A stretch of DNA of 61,365 nucleotides, filler included, from Ionaspis alba (taxonomy: Eukaryota), in NCBI GenBank assembly GCA_964255285.1. It is 5 parts of 5 records of this genome, joined end to end, with 100 filler letters (N's around TTAATTAATTAA, not from the genome) between each part and the next. Parts side by side here need not be neighbours in the genome. Positions count along the whole stretch, not along the records: positions 36,950 to 49,117 come from CAXUUL010000525.1; positions 49,218 to 61,365 come from CAXUUL010000526.1; 3 more parts are not named here. One strand, given 5' to 3'. The translations under genes and the position numbers were made by a program. The notes beneath the pieces were generated by a model. That model did not search any database. It was given only the letters and a program-made list of their open reading frames with translations, and had not been told where the DNA came from. This document shows, one piece after another, positions 38,286 through 51,198 of the stretch (positions are counted from its first letter, which is position 1; every line of letters starts with the position of its first letter).

Positions 38286-41271
38286 TTACTGCTTCCACTT
38301 CGCGAGTTGTTCCATGATGTTCTGCACATGTTGCTGCTCATGCTGACCCTGCTGAGGCTGCTGATGCTGAGAAGGCATAATCTGCTGTTGGCCCTGATAC
38401 GGAGTGCCATATTGGTATTGCTGCGACGATTGTCGTTGCATTGGCTGTTGCTGGTAGGGGTAACCTTGCTGATTTGGGGGCGGTTGTGCAGGTAGCTGCT
38501 GTCTTGCAGCATTACCGAGCAGTGCTGCAAGGTCCTGAGTCTGAGGAATCTGTTGCTGAGGAATGTGCTGCGGCGGAGCATTATGCTGTGGAGCTTGCGC
38601 TACCTTTGGACTCTGTTGCATTGCGCCTAGAAGTTTCTGGAGCGCAGGACCGTCGAGCGAAGTTATCAAGTTTGCAATGTTAGGTTGTTGGCCTGCTGGT
38701 GCAGGCGCCTGGTGCTGCAGTGGGACTTGTGGCGGAGGTTGTGCATACTGGGGTGCCCCATATGCTTGAGGAGGTATTTGGTACTGACTCTGTGCACTTG
38801 GCTGTGGCGCAGAGGATTTAGCCTTGGCGCGGATAACCAATTCGGCGGCGATACGGGCTTCCAAGTCGTCGTATTCTAAAGCAGGGACATTGGTCAGTAC
38901 TTGGGGGGATTGTTTTGATTTCCAAGAGCATACCTTCGAAGCGTACGTTGTCAACTCCACCACTCCTGTCAAATAGCTGTAGAGGTATTTTGCCAGTATT
39001 CAAAGATCCGCGATAGAGCTTTACGACAGCTTGAACGCCTTCGAGGATTTGTCTCTTCACAACAGCTGCAAGTGATGCACGAGGCATGAGTAACGACGCA
39101 CATCGTAGTCCACGCTCTCGGAAAGACTGCTCCACATATGAGACGAAGGTCCTGAAGCGGACATTAGCGTAGAGCCACGATATCGAAGGTTACGAAGACG
39201 AACCTGTCCAGCTCCTCAATGAGGATTAACTGTACGTCCGGCACATCTCTGGCATCACGTCTTGGAATAGGTAAGGCAGCATCTTCATCCAAGTCTCGAC
39301 GTCGAGGACTCGGACTCCTTTGCCTGATTGAGCCTCGACCATATGGTGGTGACCTTGAACGACTTCGTCTTCCACCATAGTAACGATTGGGACTTCGGTC
39401 TCTTCCCCCACGATACTCGTCACGACTGCGATAGCCCTTGGGTGATGGCGAGCGCATAGGACGGTAATCATCTCTTCGCCTCGGCTGATCTCGGAAGTCG
39501 TTGTTGGGGACAAATCTATCGGCTCCAGGCCTGGGGCCCATCCCACGCGAGGGAGGGCGACGGCCTTGATTAGGAGACCTGGAACGCCTGTAGTGGCTAG
39601 CTCTCAGATTGTCCCCGGCTGCCGTCGATGGTGCATTGCGAGAATTCTTCGGTGGCTTAGAGATTTCGAGATCTATAGATGGATCAGTGAATGATATATG
39701 TGTTGGAGAGATTGCATGATGACTTACTCATGGTGCGATCTTTGATCCTCATGCCTTGTTCGGCCTGGAGTGCCGCCCAACAAGCACTGGCATCTAAGAA
39801 CTGAACAAAACCATAAGCTTGCTTGATAGAGATTTGTGCGAGCTTTCCGTATCTATGGAAGATATGAAAGATGTCGCGTTTAGTGACCACCTCACTAGGC
39901 AAGTTTCCTATGGATGCAGTGAGCGTAGATCTCCAACGTGAATGTTAGCGGTTTGCGCTTACCAACAAATAGCCTCGAACCTTGCGGAAATTTGTCCCAT
40001 GTCCCTTCTGCGGTATACACTCTTTCGTCACTCAGGAATTGATCGTAATCTCTCTGGGTCTCGGGTCCCCAAGGCGCGTCGTCGTCGCGACCTCCTGAAG
40101 GCATACCCATACCATGGTTTATCCTCCCCGGCAGATCTCTCTGTTGAGGATGTGGCACATTGGGACTACGCTGAGCTTGTTCCGGATGTCGCGGCAGCTG
40201 CTGGAAGGTCGCTAGGGGAGGTGGTGGCAAGCCGTTCGGTGCAGAACTGGTGCCAGGGGCACCGGCTGCGACGACTGAATGTGCATAGGACTGGGGAGGT
40301 CGGTAGGAGTTACTTGGCTGGGATGAATGATTTGTATGAGTGTTTGCATGGTGATTATGAGGGTAGTGGTATGATCGGATATCTTCGCCTGGGACATAAT
40401 TAGGATGTATGGCTGGTTTCTCCTGTGGTGGAGGGCGTGGCGGCAGACCAGCTGGAGCAGGCAAAGTAGCTGCTGGAAGGGAGTTGTTGTTACTAGTCGC
40501 AGGAATATCGACGGGCTCACTTGGAGAAGCGGTAGCAGCAACAGGAAAGTCGGGTACTGGTGGAGCTGCCGTACTGGATGGGGAGATGTTATCAAGGAGG
40601 GACTGATAGTTCACACCTCCACTTCCACCAGCTTCGGAATCTTCTTCATTGTTGCCCATTCTCTTCGATCCGGCATCATCATTGACGGCAGACGCGGGAT
40701 GACTCTGGAGGGTGGGAGTAGCTTGGTAGGGCTCAGAAGGCTCTGCAAAATTCTGGGTGGGATCTTTGGAGAAAGAGAGGCTATGAGGGTTTGGGTCGGT
40801 TTGGGTTTGCGTAAGGGTAGGGGAAGTGTCAAACGAAGCCATTGAAGTGGGATGCTGGTCAGCTAGCAAAGATGTTTGGATCTGATTGAGAGAAGATTCT
40901 GCCTGCTCCCGCTCAGCCGTAAGGTCTTCCATGCCCAACGAGATAGAATTCCCATTTTCACCGCTCGCATTACCATAGCTGGTCTGGAACTGCGTGTCAA
41001 AGACCATGCCATCTCCACTGCTCTGTGTGTTGGACTTGTGTGCTGCTTCGTTGGCCGATGCAGTACGACCTATTTCGAAGTCCATCTCAGTCAAATCTCT
41101 TAACGCGTGTGGAGCCTCCATATGCGTCGACATCAGGTTGAAGATGGGGTCTATCTGTTTCGCGAGGACCGGTATATTCGACGGCTCGGGAATATGAATT
41201 GGCCGAGGGCTTTCAGGCGTGATTGTCTTTCCACGATAATGAGGTATATCAGGTAGAGGACTATTAGGCAT
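38286..41271 (-). CDS. NAB3: Nab3-like RRM protein with RS/RD-rich region, anticodon-binding-like domain and Q-rich tail
   Basis: WDKFPQGSRLFVG|NLPSEVVTKRDIFHIFHRYGKLAQISIKQAYGFVQF, VPDVQLILIEELDR, RQILEGVQAVV and C-terminal VQNIMEQLAKWKQ. Four introns. Confidence 0.85.
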
Positions 41272-41554
41272 CGATGCAACAAGAAGTCGTCATTGATTGT
41301 ATTTACAGGGAATGGAGGGACTTGAAGACGGAGGTGAGGAGTGGTGAATGGAGGACGACCGAATATTAGCCAAATTCAAGCGCAACATGTAAGACGAAAG
41401 TCGATATTGTAGAGCATGACGATGCTGTGCAATTCAGCCAGATTTGAGTGAAGGGAGGGGCGGGCACAGAGGTGTTGATAGATGTGTGGAATGTTGAGGT
41501 TGATGGATCGATGCGGTCGCAACAAAACTATGGTAAAAGTTCCATCTAGCGTCA

Positions 41555-41576
41555 CCGGTCACGTGCATGTGACCGG
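41555..41576. promoter_or_regulatory. 22-bp near-perfect palindrome with inverted E-box (Cbf1-type) sites
   Basis: CCGGTCACGTGCATGTGACCGG in the divergent NAB3/PTH4 intergenic region; contains GTCACGTG. Confidence 0.5.
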
Positions 41577-41606
41577 ATACTATTTACAACTCAACGCATC
41601 ATCGTG

Positions 41607-42317
41607 ATGCTGGGTAAGAGTAGGTTCCTACAGATGATGCTGCGCTATGTATCGAGAACGTCTACGCGTTTCTCTGCCGTAGGTGTATCGGATTACCAGT
41701 ATTCAGCCCGATTTTTCTCTTTCCTCGCAAACAATGAGGATGATGGGCCATCTGAGGAAGCACAGAAGCAAGCACGGCAGTGGTTAGCAAGCTACAATCC
41801 GAATACAATTCCTAAAAGACTATGCGAAACAACCTCCAGTCGCTCGAGTGGGCCTGGTGGTCAGCATGTCAACAAGTATACAATCCAGGTGCTCATGCAC
41901 ATACTCAAATTAATGTAGAGCAGGACCGAATCCAAGGTAACTCTAAGATTGCATCTAAAGGATCTGCAACCGCTTGTACCTCAGCTATTACTGGAACAAC
42001 TACGGTTCTCGCGCTATCATGCTCCAAGTAAGGACGACATTGTCATCAAATCTGACGGAAGTCGGAAGAAGGCCGATAACGAAGCGGCCTGCTTCAAGAA
42101 ACTTCAGGAGGAGATTTTAGATGCTGGGAAGAAGGCCATCCGAGGCGAAACATCCTCCGTACAGGCAGCGAAAGTAAAGAAGCTGTATGTACCAATGATC
42201 CTCCATCCTCTCCGTATGCTCACATATTCTCTGAACTTCAGGCAGAAGGCGGAGAACGAGGCTCGGATGAGAATGAAGAAGATGCATAGTGCTAAAAAGA
42301 ATTCCCGAAGGGCCTAA
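41607..42317 (+). CDS. PTH4: Mitochondrial codon-independent peptidyl-tRNA hydrolase (ICT1/ArfB family)
   Basis: SRSSGPGGQHVNK|TESKV GGQ motif and a basic tail RMKKMHSAKKNSRR. Two introns. Start codon uncertain (41607 or 41634). Confidence 0.88.
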
Positions 42318-42323
42318 TGAGCA

Positions 42324-43756
42324 CTAATCATTGACATCTACTTTTTCAAGAGACTGTGCGTCTTGGATAGCAAGCAGACCTCGGTTTGCAGGCCAAACCT
42401 CCAGAGCCCAAGGTAAGTGCTTGGTCACTATGAAACTCATGCCCCTGCTACCAACATTTTTAAGCATAGAAGCGAACTCGCTCCCCGAAGCCACACCCTG
42501 TCCTGTCACAGCATTCCTGTACTGGGTTATTATCTTGCTGATAGTAGCAACTAGGACCTTTCGAATATCAGGGTCGAGATCGGTTTCGTTGAGGTATGGA
42601 ACGAGCCAGCCGATAGCGTTGGGAGTGAATTCGACGGGGTTTGAGTTCTCTGCACCGGATTTCAGCCGACTCAAGGTGGTCCCCAAAGCCTTTGGAAAGC
42701 TAGATGAAGTGGCCTTTATCCCAACGATGGGCTGTCTGGCATAGCAGCTCCAGGAAGCAGAACCATTTTTGTCAAGGTTGATCAACCTATCCGCAACGTG
42801 CTGAAGTATTTTGCTGAGGCACGGAAGACCATCGAATTGGGCGACCATATCAAAGAATTGTTCTCCGAGCCTCGCATCTTGAAATTGAGCCATCGCTGCA
42901 TCGAATATGGCGATTGGGATAGCACCGGATAAAGCTGGCACCAAACTTAGATGTTGAAGAGCATCCTGGTCCACTCCTTCATCGTTCCTCAGGCTTGGAT
43001 TGATGTCTTCTGCTGTAATGGCAGGCAATGCTATGTGTTCCGCACCATCGTCCTCCCTGCTCTGACGAGAGATCTTCTCGTGCTGCCTTTGATCAAGCCC
43101 AAGAATCTTCCGTCTCCCAGCAATCTTGGCGATATAAATCATCTCCAACTTTGCGTACTGTAACCAGAGGTCTCTTGACTGTTTACAGAACCGTAGACCT
43201 CTTTGCATGTAGCTTCTTGCTCCAGTCATATCTCCTTGATCGTCCATGACATATTTGGCCGCATAAATCCACAACTCAGGTCTCGTAGGGTGTAGCCGCA
43301 AGACGCTTGTGAGAATCTGCGACACCTTCTTGTAGGCTTTTTGTCTCCTGGCGTAGTCCAAGTATTGCATCCACAGTCCGATGTCACCATGGAACTTCCT
43401 GGTTGATCTGTCCATGATAAACATTATGCGCTTCTGCCCTGCGTGCCTGCTGGCTTTAATCCCCGTTCTCCAGGCCCTCTTCCTCCTCAAGGCTTCGAGG
43501 TTCATTTCATATTCCGCATACCGAGCATAATCCGAGGGATGCGAGCCTCGCGCATTCAACTTGTGCTCGAAATCGGATCTCTTCTTCGCAATCGACGTGA
43601 CTTCGGCCTGAAAACGCTGTTAGTCTTTTGCTCCATATCTTCGGAATCTCGGCATTGGTTGTGGACCTTTGAGAAAATCTTCTTCCTCTCGAGCTCCTGA
43701 AGCTCTGGAATTGATTGCTCAAGATAGAAGCGGGCTTTGTCACTCGCTCCGGCCAT
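42324..43756 (-). CDS. UTP6: U3 snoRNA-associated protein 6 (HAT repeats)
   Basis: MAGASDKARFYLEQSIPEL, DYARYAEYEMNLEAL, KFHGDIGLWMQY, LRLHPTRPELWIYAA and ARSYMQRGLRF. One intron. Confidence 0.93.
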
Positions 43757-44077
43757 GGCTCAACATGTGGTCGCAAGAAGTCAAGAAGGAAAGTTTACCT
43801 TCGAAAATCATTGAAAACCATGCGGGATGACCAAATTAGTATTAGCGGTAGGCGGGAAGGGCCTCGAATCCATCCGACGCCACAAAGGATCGCCCGCGCT
43901 TCCCCTCAACTGCAACAGCCAAACCCTCCGGTGTTATCGGTCAGTTGCACCGACCGAGCAGGAAGGGTAGTTTTGTATGTGGTCATAACTACGTGTCAAG
44001 GGTCTATAAAGACCAGATGGCCTACAACTACTCCTTGCCATCGATCAATTACCAATCTATATCCTCCTATCTACATC

Positions 44078-44878
44078 ATGAAAATCATCCTAACAGGCTC
44101 CACCGGCTTCGTTGGCGGCGAGGTGCTCCAACAATGTCTCAAAAACCCTACCATAACTTCTGTCGTGGCTGTTGTCCGCAGGAATCTTCCTGAATCAGTG
44201 ACCAAGGACCCAAAGCTCAAGACCATAATTCTCAAGGATTTCAATACTTATCCCGATGATGTCTTACAAGAATTATCAGGAGCGGAGGCTTGCGTCTGGT
44301 GAGTGGATTTTATTATTGTGTTTCCTCGTCAAACCGTCGATATGCTTTTAACTGATTCACAAATAAAGGTGCCTAGGCGGATGGTCAGGCAAGCGAGAAA
44401 TCGATGTCGGCTACACCATGGCTGGCGCCAAAGCCTTCGCCAAGTCTCTCGCACCAAAGCTCGGGAATGGGAAGAAATTCCGTTTTGTGTATACCAGCGG
44501 GATGCTCATAGTGCGAGATCAGAAGAAGCCGTTGTGGATCTTGCCAGCATTTCGGCGCCTCAGAGTATGCTGCCTCCATTCAGCTCGAATCAGTTCCTAA
44601 GTTGAGCATGACTGACGGACAAACAGGGCGAAACGGAGAATGAGCTAATTGCTCTTGCGCAAGAGCATCCGGATGTTTTCGAAGCTTACATTGCCAAACC
44701 GGCAGGAATATATGTCAAAGACAGTGCGATCAAGCACATGACCATGGGACTGAGTACGGCTTATACCATCAGGGTTGATGAGCTGGCTCTGGCGATGATT
44801 GATGTTGCGCTCAATGGGAACGAGATCCAGACGTTCGATAATGCTACTCTGAAAGCCAGAGGGAAAGCACTGATGTGA
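44078..44878 (+). CDS. NAD(P)-binding Rossmann-fold protein (epimerase-like atypical SDR), 3 exons
   Basis: MKIILTGSTGFVGGEVL, GAEACVW|CLG, FRFVYTSG, R|GETENEL and TIRVDELALAMID. Confidence 0.87.
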
Positions 44879-45281
44879 AATCGCCGGCCTGAATTTGAAG
44901 TTTCTCAAATTGGGTTTGGAAAGTCTGATACGGTAATGTAGACGGCACTGTCGAGCGGGATTTGTGAGACCACGTATAGCGTTCAGTGTAATTCAGATAG
45001 AATTGAGCGGATTGATGGACAGGATAGTTAAAATACCCATTTCATTCCCGTTAGCCGGAAGTCCCGAGGCTACCCCTGTAAATTGATGGAAGCTTGGCAA
45101 CCGCGAAGTACGCGAGCTTGAGAAAAGAATAATACGTAGCTCAGGGGCCATCAGGATCCCGTGTAGCTGACCGAGACGACAACAGACACAACCAGTCCTT
45201 TCCATTCCTTCCCTTCGCGTCACTCTCTACGTCCAATGCTCTAGCTTTACCGTTTCTGATTGACTCCTTTTCTCCTCCGGC

Positions 45282-48200
45282 ATGGCTCCAAAGTTTACGG
45301 GGGGAGATGTCATGGTATCGTTCTCTGGAAAGTGGATATCATATATACACACCGGAGCCGCCTATGCTGCTTTCGTGGGTGCCTTGATCACTGGTCTTGC
45401 TCTCCATTACCATAAGATTGTGCAAAACCAGTACTATGTGAGTCGGACCGTGGGAGAAACCATGCTTGCGGCTGCTTACAAGAATCGGTCTAGGGCTATC
45501 CTCAAGAGTGGTTCCCATCAGTGTCTGCTACCATTGGTGACCGGTATCCTGAGCGCTCAGTGTTCCAGTTCTTCATTGCCCTCACGTCCGGTAATCCGTG
45601 CCCAGTCATGCTTGAACCATGCGGCATGCTGACGTGGTCTACAAAGGTCCTCGATTCGCCCTCGTCTTTCTTTGGTATGTCTTGACGGCACGACCGAACT
45701 CGAATCTACCAAAATGGATAGCAGGCGTGGGACTCTTCAGGACCCTAAGCTGTGGAGGGTGGACATATGTCACATCGACGGACGATCACGATTGGCATGA
45801 CATTTTCATGATATCCTATCTCGTTGCTACAATACCATGGACTCTGGGTTGTCTTACCCTCAGCCCAACCAACACAAACGCCTTGAAATACAGAAAGATA
45901 TTCGCGGGATTGTTCTTCGGCTCTATAGTGCCATTGGTGTACTTCTTTATACAACACAAGGTTCATCGGGTTGCTGGAGGTATGGTAAATATGTCTCTCT
46001 TTTGATATGAAATTAACATGCCTAGCCTACACCACATATTCGTTCTTCGAATGGGCCCTTGTGTTATTCGACGTCAGCTTTGATGCTGTCACTGCGATCG
46101 AGTTTGAGAACTTCGAGCTTGTGGTCAAAGATGTGAAAGGAATGAGCAGAGGGTATGTGCAATGGCTTCCGAAATAAACCAATGTATGGGAATATCGTGC
46201 ACTACTGTCAGAGTCATGTTCTGATGGGTCGTCCTCGACAGAGACAACAAATTACTTGCCGATTCTTTGCGGGAAACAGAGTATGTATCTATGTACAATG
46301 GCAAGAGGATTGCAACTCACAACCTTTATAGAAAAGATAAGCCAATTGGCAAGGCACTTGATCAGGCTTTCTCTTTCGACGAAGCTTTAGACGCTGTGGC
46401 AGATACTTACAATGGCGTAAGCTAATTCCCTTATCGTGATCTCGGGCATATACTAAGTACCGTGTTAGTTCGTCTTCTGGTCCATCCTGACATCACTTGG
46501 CCTCAGTGTTTGGTGTAAGTCCTTCGATTTGTGTTTTGAGTGGCTGCTGATCAGTGTAGACTTTCCCTTATGGCATATGGGCTTGTCTGGCTGGGAGGCA
46601 TTCGTGATGTCCAGTATATCTCCCCTGGTACTTGGCATTGGTTCCCTTCGTTCGCTTGTCATTCGAAATATCCGATACATTCACCTGCTCTCTCTGTCTG
46701 GACTGCTTGCCTATTTGGTTGCACAACCCGAACTGCGTCTCACCATGGTGGGATTTGGAGTCTCAATGTCCTGCTTAGCGTGGTCAGCTACATTTTACGG
46801 TGAACGTGCCCATCCAGTTCGCTTGGAGAATCGAGCTCTGGCGTGGGGCGCTGGCTTAATTCTTTCGAGCCTTGCTAAGTTTGCATTCTATACCAACAAT
46901 CCAATCTGGCCTATCATGCATGCCGCAAATGGGGGATGGAACAAGCTCGGGATTGCGCTGGCTGTGCTCGCTGCCTTAAGATCGACTAGACGTGTTGAAG
47001 CTAATAGTGGTGCTATCGAAATGGCTGGCAAGCCTAGAGGTTCATCAGTGCTAGCGGCCCTTGGTTTGGCTGGTCTTTTCTTCGGAATGCATTCCATGCT
47101 CTCGGATTCGAGTACCATGATTCTGTGGGTGTGGGATGGGTATCCTGTTCGTGGTCCTATTGCGTATAACGGCGTCCTTACTCTCACAGCAATGAGCGTT
47201 GGTCTTTGCGTAGGGACGTTCTGTCCCGAAGTTGTCACTCCACGGATGAGACTTTCTACGGCGGCATTGGGCACGATCGTGGTCCTGTATTTCAAACACT
47301 GGTTTGGTTACCTTGGAGCGCTGACCCTCGCCTTTTCCTTGATGTCCTTATCCCCAACACTCATCACTTCAGCTGTCCGTGGCAATCCAGGGGTCTCCTT
47401 CGGCCTAGGCTTCTTCCTCTACAACATCATGGTCCTTGCACATGTCTGGGTGGTAGCATACGCCTTCGTACCCGGTGGACCCATTATGCGGGAGCACACT
47501 GACTATGTTGTGACCGCGATGATGCTGCTTCTCGGTGCAGGCGTCTGGGGTAGCGGGGAAGCCGGACGGTCTCCCAAGTTTAGAGCTCGGACAGAGGGCC
47601 ATAGACGGTACAAATCATCCTACTACGTCTATGTCCTCCTCATCCTTGAAGTCCTTGCTGTCTCCGTCTCCTATCTCCGTTTCCCTACCAACGACTATGT
47701 CCCATACCACAAAGACGACAAGGTTCTCACGGCCGCCGTCTGGACCATCCACTTTTCTCTCGACAACGATATGTGGTCTTCCGAACACCGCATCCGCGAT
47801 TTGATCAAAGAACTCGAAGTCGACGTCATCGGCCTCGTCGAATCGGACCTCCAGCGCATCATCATGGGCAATCGCGACACGACGCAATTCCTAGCCGAAG
47901 ACCTCGGAATGTACGTTGACTTCGGTCCTGGCCCTAACAAGCACACATGGGGCTCTGCGCTCCTGTCTAAGTTTCCTATCCTGAATTCCACGCATCACCT
48001 GCTACCCTCTCCTGTGGGTGAGCTTGCGCCCGCCATTCACGCAACGCTTGACGCGTATGGTGAACTCGTCGATGTGGTTGTATTCCACTCGGGTCAGGAG
48101 GAAGATCGGGAAGACAGGCGTCTGCAATCCGAATATCTGGCTAAGCTGATGCATGACTCCCCACGACCGCTGATCCTCATGAGCTATCTTGTCACCAAAC

Positions 48201-48581
48201 CCCTTGAAGGCAACTACAACACATATGTCGGTGAGAAGAGCGGGATGCGAGACATCGATCCCAGCGACTGGGATCGCTGGTGCGAGTATATCTTGTACAA
48301 AGGCATAAAGCGGACCGGGTACGCGAGGGTGAGCCGATCGACGATTACAGATACGGAAATTCAGGTAAGACAATCAATTTCCCCATTGGGATCGAGGACT
48401 ACATGCTGACATGCTCGGTTGACAGGTTGGGAAATTCGTCGTCGGACAGCCTGAAGGGGGCAACGATATGATCGCCGAAGAGCAGGTCGCGCCAGGGTTG
48501 AGATTTCCGGCATTGTTTAGAGGTCAGGGAGTCAGAGGACATCAGTATCATGTCTTCAATGAGCCGAGATATTACAGTTAA
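45282..48581 (+). CDS. CWH43: GPI-anchor ceramide remodelling protein Cwh43, 9 exons
   Basis: [89 protein letters not shown] and ITDTEIQ. Confidence 0.95.
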
Positions 48582-49117
48582 AGATGAAATAGCGGGATCG
48601 AGTGTTTGAGGGCGGACGTGATTGTCTCATAAATGTGGTGGATGGGGAAGCTTTGTGTACTACATTTAATTTCTTCTCAGATAATTGTCATTTCTCATGT
48701 GTACAGCCTTCCGCTGTCCACTTCCATCATAGAACTGTGAAGGCTATTCCAATTGGGCCGTAACTGATTCATCCACCTTCCCCACTCATCAGCCAGCCAC
48801 AACCTCGATTCTCCCTAACACAAATCCATTACCCAAAACAGCCCGCACATCGCTGCCCGAACCGCGAAGATCCCCATCCATCCCAACCCAGATCCAGCCA
48901 TCTCTCGGGGAATTCACCATCGCCTGCATCGTCGATCCCCCTTCGAACTATTACGCAGGTACGACGCGATCTGGCATGACTACGCCTTGTTCTTGCCGAG
49001 AAGGATTCGGCGCTCTGCCTATTTGAGTACGGGGCGTTGACGCCTTTGGATATGCCCACGCGGCTTGCCAAACAAGTGGAACGATTGAGTGCACTCTCGC
49101 CTGTTTCAATGTCCAAC

Positions 49118-49217
49118 NNNNNNNNNNNNNNNNNNNNNNNNNNNNNNNNNNNNNNNNNNNNTTAATTAATTAANNNNNNNNNNNNNNNNNNNNNNNNNNN
49201 NNNNNNNNNNNNNNNNN
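49118..49217. other. Artificial scaffold linker N44-TTAATTAATTAA-N44
   Basis: Same structure as the linker at 12235. Confidence 0.97.
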
Positions 49218-49354
49218 GTCTTAGCCCCAAGATACGTCATCCTCGAGTTTGTTTTCCCGGATTTCATGCAGGTACGAGTTGATCGATGCGACACCCAGAG
49301 TACACCATTATCATTTAATCTTCATGATCAGATAAGCCTTGACAACTTTTGATA

Positions 49355-50517
49355 ATGTGTCGGTACTTAGATCTTGACATATGCATCTACTACTCTGCGT
49401 GCTGACTAGAATTACAGTTGGTTTGCCTACGTCTCGCCCACAGAGGAATGTCTCTTGGAAGACGTCCTAATTCTCCCTGTAATCCTCTCTCTTCTACCAC
49501 TTACAATACCCCCACACACATTACTGACCCATACCTTAGGCACACTCCCTTTCCCAACAAGTCCACGAGCATTACCTTCCCAAATTGCTCACCCATTCTC
49601 TCACCAATATAACCACCGAACAAGAGATTGCTGCCCGCAATCGTCTCTTCAATGTCGACGGCTTTGGACTCGCCTGGTACACTCCCAATCGCTCCACCTT
49701 CGGCGCCACAGCCGACGGCCCCCGACCCGCCCTCTATAAAACCGTACAACCTCCTCTTCATGACACGAACTTCCGAAGTATCTGCGCAAACACTGCCACG
49801 AAAGCATGTTTCGCGCACATCAGATCAGCAACCGCGACGCCAATTGTGGCGGTGAACAACCACCCATTCGTCTTCGGAAGACATGTTTTTATGCACAATG
49901 GCGTCGTGGAGCACTTCATTGACATCTGTCGTGAGATGTGTAATCTCATGGATGATGATGCCTACGCCAATATCTCCGGCTCCACAGATTCCGAGCATTT
50001 TGCAGCGTTGTACATGACATACCTGACGGGCGGAAAGGGCAAGAAAGCATGGGAGGTGCAATATCCTGTTACGGAAATGCGGGACGCGCTGCAGAAGACG
50101 ATGAAAACGGTCGTCAGGCTGCAGAAGGCGAAGCTAGGGGACAAGGCTCACGCCAACAGCCTGTGCATCGCCACCTCGGATGGTTCCCGCTTCGTGGCCA
50201 TTCGCTGCTTGAATCATGCCACGGAGCAGCCACCGTCGTTATATTACTCGACCACTGCAGGCGTGACACTGAATCGAAAATACCCTGGTGACCCTGATGG
50301 GAAGGAGAATCCCAAAGCGAGAAAGAGTGCAGAGGAGCATGGGAGCCATGTGATTGTTGCGAGCGAACCGTCGACTTACAAGAAGGAGGAATGGACTTTG
50401 ATTGAGAAGAATCACTGTGTGATGGTTGAGGAGGATGGGAAGATGAGAGTCGAGGAGCTAAAACATCCTAAGGAAATGAACTCCGTTGTCAGAGATGTGT
50501 TTGGGAAAGAACATTGA
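49355..50517 (+). CDS. Class II (Ntn) glutamine amidotransferase, Dug3/EgtC-like
   Basis: Spliced start MCRWFAY places the nucleophile Cys at residue 2. Also NVDGFGLAWY, FAHIRSAT, NNHPF, FMHNG, GSTDSEH and VIVASEP. Two 5' introns. Confidence 0.9.
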
Positions 50518-51198
50518 AGATAGCACGGAATCTCGCTAGCCGTTGGAAGTACAGTAATAGATTTTAGGGATGCGAAGGGAGAAAAGCAAAATCAGTACCC
50601 ACGCAGTGGGCTGACCCTCTTGTGCCGACGTCTTCAGGCAGGAGCAGGACGATTATACGAATGTAATATGAGAAGGGCTCGAAGAGCAGATGATCTTTGC
50701 TCTGGCGACGAATGACAAAGGGAATACCAAGAAGCAACATGAGATTTGCCACCAACGGCTCGAGACAGGAAGATCGAAGCAACATAGATAGGCAAAGCAG
50801 TCGGAGACCATGTAACGCCACGACTAAAGGCAGATGGCATCATGAAACACATTGATTGCTAAAAACTATTACCCAGAACCATCGTACACAGTAGTAGACA
50901 ACGCCATTTCCAAAAGCAGACATAGCACAGGGCATAATCGTGACAAGCAAGCAAGAATCAAGTACCAAGCACCAGTAACCTTCCCATAAAGCAGAGCAGA
51001 CCCAACGCCGTTATGAAAGCAAAAGACCGTAAAGGGAGAGTCCATCTCCTTGTGTATCCAGAACGTTGTGGACGACAAAACCTGAAAGCAGCTGTCTTTG
51101 CTTCACCTTCCGAGTAACCAGGTTGTAACGCTGTGCTTCATCAATCATCCCCGGCGGAGCCTTCTCTTTCCAACCTGTAATAAGATAATAGGTAGACC

